A stretch of 64,000 bases of DNA, from assembly GCA_037379345.1 (NCBI GenBank), contig CM074515.1:47993743-48057742 (forward strand), given 5' to 3'. This DNA comes from Perna viridis (lineage: Eukaryota). A model generated the notes under the pieces. The model ran no database searches and had not been told where the DNA came from. It saw only the letters and a program-made list of their open reading frames with translations. Within the stretch, counting starts at the first letter, position 1. Every line of letters begins with the position of its first letter. Shown piece after piece: positions 39,401 to 51,400 of this stretch. Made by a program: the position numbers and the translations under genes.

Positions 39401-42400
39401 AAATAAAAGAAAATTGAATTAATAAACATTATCAATATTCTTATTATGTAATTTTTTTATATGTAGAAGCTTGTACATATATTCTTTTCATCCAAGCTTT
39501 TAAAAGTAAAAAAAAAAAAAATGACTACCATGATTGTTCCAGATTGAGTATCATTTCCGTATCAGATAACTGAAGAACCAGCAAATTTTTAATCCTATCA
39601 AAACATAGACACAATTTTGGTAACACTTGAAATGATGCAATTATCTCCTTTGAATTATTTTTTTTTATCATCCCATGACATCTCTCAAAATATTATCTTT
39701 GAAAAAATCCCCTCCCCCTTTTTTGTCTGATTCTTCAATCCCTTATACTCCTGAAAATGATTAAATTACTCACCCATTAATGTGTTGAAGATGATAAAAA
39801 TGCCGAAAAATTTCCGCATCCAGGACGGTGTAATAATTTAAATTAAACAATATATATAGAAATGCATGCAAAAAGAGGTCATTCATGAAGTGACTATGTA
39901 ATGCGAGAAATAAAGGTTTTAACATGCAGTAAGAACTTTCAGGCATTTAATTATTATTTTAAAAAATGCAGTAAAATGCAGTTGGAAAATGTAATTGGCT
40001 TAATTGAAAGCTGCTTTTAGAATAGGATAAACTTCAGATTCATGCTTCTGTTACAAACATAAATATGTTTTAATCCTGAAAAGAAGTCTTTAGCAACAAC
40101 ATCATAAATTTGAGTGACATGCTTTGTTCAAAATAATATTGCAGCAATATACAATACCAAATAAATTATGATGTCCAATGGTTGCAATGCACACTCCTGT
40201 AAACCATCAATATTTGCCCTGAAAAACACTTATGCCAAGGGAAGCAACTACAGCTCACTACATCTACACAAAATATGAAAACAACACCTTGATACCCCAA
40301 CACACATAATTTTAAAATGTCTTAACAACTACAGGCATGTCAACAATATGAATCTTATAAGTCCAAACTGAAAGTGACATCAAAATATTGATTAATCTAT
40401 CTACTTACTTTTAACAGCAAGAGTCAAGGTTTTTGTTGTCTGTCCATACTGGTTTGCAATTTGGCATGTGTAATCTCCATAATCAGGGCTTTTGATTCTG
40501 TCAATCTGTAGAACACTCTCTGACTTCGTTACACTGATAAATTTTGGCGGGTGAATGATGAGACGGCCTCCTGATGAAATTATTGCATTATTCCTCCTCC
40601 ATGTAAAAGATGGGACAGGGTAACCTTCTCCAATACACTTGAGTTGAGCAGTGCCGCCATCGACTGCTGGAACTTTCTCATGAGGGGAAATGGTTGGAGG
40701 GACTAAACAAGAATTAAAATATAATCTTCTTAAAAATATTTTATTTTTCAGTGAGTACTTAAATTAACTTCCCTCCTAAAATTCTCCAGTTTGACTGAGA
40801 ATTTTTGCAATATAAGGGAGGTAACCTTAGTTTAACATGTATATAAAAAATATACAATAAATATTCAAACTAAGGCAGCTGCAAAAAAAAATTGACATCA
40901 ATACACATTAGTACACAAAACAAAACCCTGAATGAGAAAAAAGTCACATAATAACCAACTACCTTCCATTTTTAACAAAGGTGGCTATTCATTTTGAATT
41001 TAATGATTGCTTAACACAGATAGTCTGGAGGATAAAGTCACTTACAGTATATAAAGAGTGCCATGGTATGTTCAATGTTGGCAGTCATTTCTTTACATGT
41101 ATAGTTAGCAACATCTGAGATCTGAGGGTTGGTTGAACCATCTCTATTAGACCCTGAAAAAAAGATATTTCACAATTATTAACTCATGTCTGATGCATCT
41201 TACTGTTTCATTTCTACCATTGCTTTCTGTGAGATTCCATGTGATGACTTAAAGCATTGACAATGCTCAATATTAGTAGATTTTTAACAAAATTAAGAAG
41301 TCAAAGAGAATGTCAAATCTGCTGGAGTGACCAGTTCACGTTCTTTGTTTTTAGTGAGGGTTTAGATGCTACTAAAATTCAGCAGGTTTTCAATCAGTTA
41401 CATCAATATGTATTGTTTCTATACCAGTCAATGTAATTAGACCTACTAAATGTTAAATTCAATCACTGCATGCAGCATCAAACAATACTCTACTTTCTGT
41501 TCAGACGACCTCTACAGAATCCTCAGGTTTTCACCTTTAAGGAGGTAGACCTAGGGTAAGGGACATAACTCCAGGAATCAGTGATATGTTTGTATTATAT
41601 TCAATTTCACCAAAGCCTTTCAAGCTTTCCTTTCAAACAGAATGAAATCAGTCCAAGTTACTTTGATGGTTACATGAGATTGATGTAAAATGCTGAATAC
41701 AAACGTTCCAACAATTTGTAAGAGTTGCGTCCCTTACCCTAGGTCTACCTCCTTAAATAAAGTGCTTTAACAATCATGATTATGATTGGCTGATCATAAA
41801 GACCACCTGAACAGAAAGTAGAAAGGAACAATAGGTAAATCTTAATTACCTTGTGTTCAAGTTCTAATGGTTTTGAGAACTATTTTTTTTTAAATGATTT
41901 CCTTGAGTACAATACTACAATACCTTCTAATAATATCTGACTGGTGACAAGATAACTGTAAACATCTGCAGGTTGTGTTGTTGTTTTCAGGGTATACATT
42001 GTTCCTGTTACATCCAATAGTTTCCCATCTTTATACCATTGAATCCTAGGGACAGGACGTCCTCGAATTCGACATTGCATCATATAAGTAGTCCTGTTGT
42101 TGGAGATGGTATCTTTGTCTGGGTGAACACCAACAAAGGCTGGTCTCTCTGTAAAGGAGAATTATATCTTGCAGTTATTTATATGTCTTTTTAATATCTA
42201 CACAGAAAAATGCCTACTCTTTCAGTGAAGGAAGAACTAAGAACAGATTCACAGAGCTTTCTTTAAGATTAATTGTTAATTTTTATCTTTTACTTGACAT
42301 TTTCATTTAATTAATGTTCAAGTATTTACTAAAAGTCAATTCAGCACTCTGTTATTGTAACTGCTAACGAGAGAAATTAGTTCTTCAGTTTATCATAATA

Positions 42401-45400
42401 TTCAAGATTTTCAGTTGCTGCACAAAACCCAATCAAATCATGAATTCCTACCATTGACTTGCACCTCTACAATACTGGGAGCACCACTTCCCATAGAGTT
42501 TTTGGCTATACAGGAGTAGTTTCCGTTGTCCTGTAGTGTTACACCACTAATGACAAGCTGGGACTGACTGGTTGGCATCAGTTGGTTTGTTTCTACCTTT
42601 CTCCATTCATATGAAGGACTAGGGTAACCTAAAATAGAAAGTTTTGGAACATTATATCACAGCATCATTTTGATTGAAAGTGCAAAGTCAAGTCCCATTT
42701 CTACTGCAAGCAAGTTTTAAAGTATAATACTCATCTGGAGTTTAAACATTTAAATTCCACAGACCCAACTTTCTTTAAAAAGTAATGAAGGCCCAGCTAG
42801 ATTTTCATTCATATAAGCAACTAAGCCCTCATCAAGTTTTAATCCGATCAGGGGAATCAAAGTTATCTTTCTTGGCACAGTTCACTAAGATAAATCTTTA
42901 TTTACCTGGATCACTAACTGAGCACGAAACTTCTAATCGATCTCCAACATATACAGGGTTAACTGAACTTATGAAAGATGAACCTGGTGGATCTGTAAGT
43001 ACAAACAAATCATAGTTTAAATTTCATCCAATTTTGTTTTTAGACTTATATATTTTTCCTGCCTCATTGCAGATTAGTCATAGTCAAACAATGCAACTCT
43101 ACAGAAATAAATCATTATTAAAAAAAAAACAAAACAAAAAAACAACCAAATAACAATTATATGAGAAATTCCAATACCAGGTCCATAATATGTCAGATTT
43201 GGTTCAAGCATTGATTGCAACATTAAGCCCAATCTAAGACAAAAGAATTTGGATTAAAATTATTCATGAGGTACAAAAATATTTGAGATTCCAGACAACG
43301 CAATACACGACTTACAAAATTAGTATCATCACTAGTCAATACTTTGTCATTTAAAAGAACAAAGTTTGGTAAAATTCTATAAAATAGAATAAAGAAATTT
43401 ACTAACATTAGACTTTAAACCATGAAATTATTAGCAAGACCTGAACATAGAAATTAAACTGTTGTCATAAATTGCATTAAAGAACATGATAATGCATCCT
43501 CCCAAGTCAGAATTTTGAGTCCACCTTCAATCCCTCAAACCCCTGATATCACTCATTCATATTTAGCAGGTATCGTCCAGCGCCTTCTAGTGAGTTACTT
43601 AAATTTAACCTGGATCCAAAATCCAATGTAATCACTCGTAATAGAAACTCTTCGATATAACTTACAAAGTGGCTACACATAACATCATTTTTTTTTCAGT
43701 AAAGACTCTAAACAGAATATACTGTTATCATTTTTGCTCATATTGCATCATTTGTGACATCATACAACTTTCATTTACTATATCGGATTGTCCATTACCT
43801 CGTATTATTGCTTACCTTTCCACAGACATTTTATGTTAAATCGATTTTCATTGGTGCTTCTCACCTGGAGAAGAAACCAATTGGAATTGGCTGGATGATA
43901 CCCGCTAAATATGAATGAGTGATGTCAGGGGTTTAAGGGAGTGAGGGAGGACTCAAAACCCTGACTTGGGAGGATGATTATAATGTAATTGAAGAATGAT
44001 TGCAAATAAAAAGCTGACAAAAAAAGATAGATTGCAGAAACTGCAATAAAAAGACAGCACAAAAATTTCCTGATTTACTCTATATAATTACACTTACATC
44101 GAACATGTATATATGTATACTTGATTGTTTCTTCAATGCGTTGGGTTTCACCTGACGGCTCAATGTAATTCCTAGAAACACATGAGTAGTTTCCCTTCTG
44201 TGAACGTTTAATGTTGTCTATTCGGAGACGGTTGTCGATGGATTCCATATTTCCAATTGTGTTCTGCCATCGTGTGTACCAGGCCGCAGGGTTAGCTTGG
44301 ACATTACACACAATGTCTAATACTTCAGATTCATTCACTTCATAGGTTGACTGAATGTTGATGATGGGAGGATCTGGAAATATAGATGAATATTCATTAC
44401 ATAATTAATACATGGATATTCATTACATAATTAATACATGAATACTCATTTCATAGTAATCCTTAAATGAGGTTGGTTTGTTTCTTATTATTTAAACATT
44501 TACTGGTAAGGCTGCTCAGTAAATTTCTTAGTTTTATGGAGTGTGGCAATTTATAAATTTTCTAATGAATTTAGAAATACAACATTCATAGACACTAAGA
44601 TCTGCATTATACAATTATTTTGTTCTTCCTATCATATTCCATTTCAACTTAACATATTTTTGGTGAATGAATTTACCATAAAATATACATATTACGTATT
44701 GAATACATTCCTCTTTTTGGTATGTTCCCATTGCAAATTTTTAATAGTAAGTATGACTTCATACCAAATATACATGAAATAATTTTTCAGAGAATAAGAA
44801 CAAATAATTAAAGGTTAGTAGAACTTACAAATGACATTAACAGTAGCGGTCTCCGTTGTTGTTTTTGTTTGACCGTTAATGGTGTTGGATGTAGAACATG
44901 TGTAGGATCCACCGTTGGCTTTAGCCGCTGGTGAAAATTCTATACGAGTGTTGGATGCTGAAAACAAAATAATCTCATGTTAAACTAGACATTTCATTCT
45001 TTTTTGTAGATTTACTTAATACAGATGTATGTTTTAAATATATATTTAGTCTGGAAAAAAAAGGTTTTTTTATTGACTGCTTTCTACTAGGTATAAAAAT
45101 TGAGAGGATCAATTTGAAAAAAAAAACAAAAAAAAACCAAAAAAAACATATTGATAGGAAACTTTATAAAAGCATCCTTACTATACAAAAGCCTAGTAGA
45201 TCTTTCCTTTCAAAAATGTGTCATTAACAGTGCTAATACAGTAATGATCTTTTTTCACTACACTTCCCTTATTAATTGGTTTTAATGGTATTGATGGCAG
45301 GTTACTCTTTGAAACATGTTTACCAAGAATGGAATAATTTATCATGAAATTTACCATGAAAACTGATTGATTCAACGGGTCATAGTTTTCCTTCCCTCAT

Positions 45401-48400
45401 TTGTCTACCCCGGACTTGACTTTTTATGAGCAACACGGCGGGTGTTTGTAGAAAAGCAGAGGACGCTTACCCTACCGGTGCACCTGGTCCATGCTCCCAG
45501 TTTTTAGTGGAGTCAGAGTTGCTCATTTACTTTTGTTACTTTGTATGTATGATTTTAGTTACTTTATGTTCTTTGTTGTGTATGTCTGTTTTCCATGTCT
45601 GGTCTTTGTCCCTGGATTACATTCTTTTGATTACCGCTATAACCTTAGTTCCCTTGATTACTCTTATCATTGATATTTTGGTATTTACTTACTTTGAAGA
45701 GGTTGTCCATCTTTTGTCCATGAAACAGATGAGACGGCAGGATTGGCACTGACGTTACATAATAAAGATCCAGGTTTTCCTAACTCTACTGACAAATCTT
45801 TGAAGGGACTAAATACAATATGCGGATGATCTGAAAAATAGAGTTAGCTCTCTTTATACATGTCAGTTTCAAATTTAATAAAGAATTGTAAAATCTTAAT
45901 ATTTTTTTGATAACTTGTATTCTGATATTTACATTTTCTAAAAATACAGTTTTTGGTGAACTTGTAAGATTTTTTTTCTATGAATGTGCATGTAGTTGTA
46001 CTCAATGTTAACATCTTATAAATAAAGAGTTCAATTAGCTTTTCAGGCAACTTTTAATTTCATGGCTTATTATTAATTCACAAGTTTAAATCTTTCTGAT
46101 GGTACACACAAGAAACAGAACCATAGCAAGTAGTTATAACCATTTAATTAATAATACAGTGGGTTCCTGTAAGTCACATGTCCTATTTGTCAGAAAAAAA
46201 TATGCAATTAACAGGAACAGGCAGTTTAATAACAGAAATTGTCATTTTAAGAGAAAATAACAAATGTTTTCAATGATTAAGTAGAATATGTAAGTTAGTG
46301 TGTATTCAAAGGAAAAAGAAAATATGTTGTAAAAACAAATTTCTTTAAAAAAAAAAACTGATGGTTGGGATGTATTCTTGTTTCACCCATTTTTGTACTT
46401 TTTAAAGTAAATTTCCAATAATATCTATGTAATTAAATGTATTTTTTTCCATGGATCAGATGGGAAATGGTTTTGGTTTTTGACTTCCTATGCAATTAAC
46501 AGGTATGCAATTAAATGGAATCCACTGTACTGTAATTGTACTTATCTTCAGGAATTTCATGATCAGTAATTATTGCCACAAAACAGTACCCACGATAATA
46601 CCAAAAAATGGATATGGTGAATATGTCAAAGAGATAACAACCCCACCAGGATGAAAAATGTCAGCTCAATGCAAAAGTAAGTACAATTCAGTAATGATTA
46701 ACAAGGAAAGTATACTTACATAGCACCGAGAATTGATATGAAACAGAAAATGGTTGATCCACATTGACGGTATTATGAACATTACACATATACATGGCTA
46801 AATTGTCACTAAAATCTAAATGTACAGTTAATTGACTAGAGGAATCTCCTTTTGGGACTTTTGTTTCAACAATGTTTGAATTGAGCACTAATCCATTTTT
46901 GGTCCATGTGAACGCTGGAGGTGGATTGCCTCCCTTTGATAAACAAGTCAACACTATCACATCATTTTCAACTTTTACTGACTGTGTGTTGTTGCTTGAT
47001 ATTACAGGCTGACCTGGTAATACTGTAAAAGAAAGAAAAGTACAAATTTACTTAAGATTCATTCAAGTTGAAATATTTAATCAGGATGTACACAAATTAG
47101 ACAAAAAAAAAACTGTATGAAAAAACATTAATACACAACAAACAAAGACATTAGAAGTAAAAGAAAATTTTGTTAATTTAAACAATCCAAAATCTTTCTG
47201 CTTAAATATTTATAAAAAATTAATAAGTTAGCTCCCCTACACCATGATCATCCGTCCATCTCTCTTTTTTTTTCTAAGCATATTATACTTCCAGCAACTG
47301 TAAAACTAATTCATAAGCAAAGAAAAAAAACAATTTAAATACATGTAACATGTAAATCAATATCACTATTGATCTGTTTAATTCTATTTATCAAGATAGA
47401 TGTGTACATTCTCTTTAATTTCATTTCAGGGCCATCAGAATGTGTTTCTCCTGTATAATTTCTAATAAATGTGAAATTAAAAATTACATACTTAGAACAG
47501 TTAAATGCACTGTCACCGCTTTCTCCGATTCTGGTGCAATGTTCTGTACGGTGCAGGTATAGTCTGCATCATCACTTTTCTGCAGATCGGTGATGATGAG
47601 GTTATATTTTGAAGCATTTGGAATGGATATTCTGTTTGTATCCCCAGATATAATATTGGTCCCTACTGCTAGCGTAACACCGTTTTTATTCCATGTAACG
47701 AAGCCTTCATCTCCAGCCACTCTACAAGCTAATGTCACGGTGCTACCGACAGCGGAGGATACGGCTGTTGGCCTCTGAACCCATGTCGCTCCTGTCACAA
47801 CTGAAAAAGAAACAAGGTGTTTGCAATAATCTGTAGTGGATATCATGTTATTTTTTTTATATCTCTATGACACAAGATAAAAATTCATTATGACAAATTT
47901 TTTAAAAATCTTTCACCATTATAATAGACTCTTTAAAATTAAAGTATCCATTGTTATGACTTTTGATAGGATTATACATAGACATGGCAAAAAATGAGAA
48001 AAAAGTTTTAAAAAAAGGGGAGTTTAATAGAGAAAAAAAAAATACATGAAAAGTCAAAATAAGGACGGAAAATTTGATTCAATATTTTCAAAGCTAAAAA
48101 TGATACTTTGTAAAAGTGAAATATCCATGCCCCCTTACAGCATATCAGTATAACTGGCAACATTTTGTTATCGTTGAGTCATAAATAAAACCCATAGTGT
48201 TTTTATAATACAAATCAAATTCCAAATTGCATGAATCTTAGCAAACATAAACTCAAAACACCCAGGACATAAGCTTATCGGAAATAAAACACTATCTAAT
48301 GTCCAAACAAAACACTATCTATACTTTTGTTTACTAATCTGGACACAAGGGGCATAAGCTTGTTGATACTAAAACTTTATTTACAGTCTAAATCCAACAC

Positions 48401-51400
48401 CAGCCATATTTTTACACTAAATCTAAGTGCCTAGAACATAAGCTTATCGGAAATAAAACACTTTTTAGTGGCCAAATAAAGATGTATTATGACAGTTCAA
48501 ACTTGCATAACCCCACCTGGATTGAGTATCTTATCTTATCCTAAACCTTTATCTCTCTATATGGTCTTTGTCAACACAATATACTGATTGTCATGTCACA
48601 GGGAGGGGGACAATACATTGAGAAACTTCCTTTTGTCGAGAGGTAGCCCAGAGAAAAATCGTTAAAATCATCAGCAGGTGGTTACCTAGGTTTTACAATA
48701 AGGGGAAGAAAAATAAAGTATAATGGGAATTTTTAGGGTGATAATTTGGCTCAAATAATTTCCTGAACTTTTATGGGTAGCTGTGAATTTTCATCAAAAT
48801 TACTCCATGATGAGATTTTGTCATTCAAGTTTCTTTTGTTCTTTTATTTACTTTTGGTAAATAATAAAAGTTTAAACGGAAATCATTAAATCAATGAGAA
48901 TGAACTTGGAGATGTGACCATTGGAATTTAATTTAAATGGAGAAAGTTTACACTGAACAGCGGAGGTGTCCAAAGTCCGGCCATCATAAATCAAATCAAT
49001 TCTGAGTAAATAGTATGTCATTAACGAGTCACACCTATTTTCACCTATCCTTAATCAGAAGTTAGAAAATCAATTAATTAACCCATGGATTGAATAACTG
49101 GGCACATGAGATTTTTTATAATGACCAAATATTCTTAGGTTTTTTGGGTTAAAAAAAAGAATAATCAATATACAAAAAAGTACTTTAATTCCTTTATGAA
49201 TATTCATAGAATTAAATGTTCTAAAGGTCAGAAGATACATCCTTTTATAAAGGAACCTTTTCATTTTTTCTTGCTTGTGAAATTAACAAAAAATAAATTT
49301 GCAAAAATTAGTTGGTTTTCTGATAGGAACCATCAAGGACATTGTCTCGTTCATTTACAACATATCCACCATATTGTAAGCAATGAATTCACTATGCATG
49401 CCATGTCCCATAGAAATGCATTATGTGAACATTAATATAGAACATATGAAAGGACGAGAGTAAAATATTGATGAGAGACCTTCCTGAAACTACATTAGTT
49501 GATAAGTGCATACGGTCATAGTCGCATATAATATAAATACTACACTGAAGTACAGAAACAAAAGTACTACTTTAATATTTATAACATAATTTGAAGCCTT
49601 AAATGTAAGTATTTGTAAGAATCAGGCAAAATGGGAAAAGTCAGAAAGCATGTCAAAAACCCACCAATCTGACAATATAATTTCACTGAAGGATGTTTTC
49701 TCTATTTGATCACTGGATTTGCTCAGATATTGTTCAATAGAATTTTAGAAACATAACGTTCTACCCTTAAAATATTCATTTCCAGTGCACTTCAATGAAA
49801 TCATAAAATGATATGAAATATCTTCTATTTCCTTGATTCTGGTGGTGCAGATGGTCAAATTTAACTTTCAAAATGATGTTTTTTTTTTATACAATGTTTC
49901 ACCAACTGCCTGATTCTTACAGACTGACACTTAAAACCACCTACCAGACGAAAGAAACTATAAGTTCTAGTGCTTTTATACAGTACGTAAGAGAGTCAAT
50001 AATTTCCTTTAGGTTACAATATGAGTTTTAACCTGACATACCAAAATGTTAAAATATTCAGTTCTCAGCTTTACACCGTTTCTCTCCCTGGATCCACAGA
50101 ACCAGCAAGCCATAACACAAACATAAGCTTATTTAATGACAAACAGTACTTAATCAGCATTTTTAGGGTAGATTAACAACCAGAGAAAGATCAGTTTCAA
50201 GGTATGTTAGTACAGACTGTGCACTTAATTGTTATGCTTATAATACAGTTAAACCTGTTTTACTAGACCCCTGGCAATCAGGCTGAAGGATTAGTTCAGA
50301 TAAAAATAAAACGAAACTAGGACAAAGCTCACCAAAGGATACCCCCTACTGCCCACCCCAAACCATATGGTCAAAATATAAGCAATTGTCAAAAAGGAGG
50401 TTCATGTTGCTGGACACTATAATTGTTTAAAAAATACTGGTATATAAAGCTTCTGTCAATGTATCAACTGGCTGAATGATGATAATGGCAGAAAAAACTG
50501 GATCGAAAAAGGTGCAAACAGACGAAAACCATGATCAAAGCTAACACAGGATCTTCATGTTCTGAACTTGATAAAAAAATGTCTAGTTTAGACAGGTTAC
50601 CAGTTTTATCCAAGGTTCTGTTATTACAGATTTTACTGTACTACCCAAATTTCTTTCAGTAGACCAAGCCAAGGATGGAGAAATTCACTGAGGTTTAATT
50701 TGATACTTTTCTAATGAGTTTAATGGGATCATTTAAAGTTAAAATTCTACACTATGGCATTTTTGACAAGTGAACTAAAAACCGAAACACATGTTTATAA
50801 CACATACATCAATGCAGACTGCTGTGGTCACCTACAGTTTGACAATGACCTTACATGCTGGACACTATTACTGAAACTGACCCATACCTACTGGAGCGGG
50901 GATTGTTAACTTGGTGTAATTTGATATTTGGTCATTGTGGTACTCCAGTTCATTTCATTTGTACATATATTACGAACAATTTTAAAGTTCGAAAATATTC
51001 AAACGAGCATTTTAAAATTTTTACAGTTACTCATTTATATGAGCACAATATCAGGCTTCACAAATGAAAATGAAAGTAAGATGACAATACAAAACTTTTA
51101 GTTCCTGATTGTGACTGTTTTGGAACAATTTGATGAGATGTTTCATTGTAAGATTGCATGGTTGTATCAAGTTCAGGAATGGGCAGTGTTAGAAACTGAA
51201 TTTATTGTCAACATAAACCCATCATAGTTTTACATAGGCAGCACTGTACAACTTGGGTTAATTTCATCATAGACCTGCTTGATTTTACATAGACTTGTGT
51301 ATGATGATTTCTTTCACTGAATGGGATGGTAAACAAGTCAAAGTCTATTTCACTTCCTTGAAAATTTGATAACAGTGTAAAGGACCTACGAGCAAGTTAG

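Noticed and set aside
48240-48480. Degenerate ~85-bp tandem units (cataagcttatcggaaataaaacact), and a 26-bp duplication at 44391-44450
   Set aside because: Ordinary local intronic duplications with no further structure.
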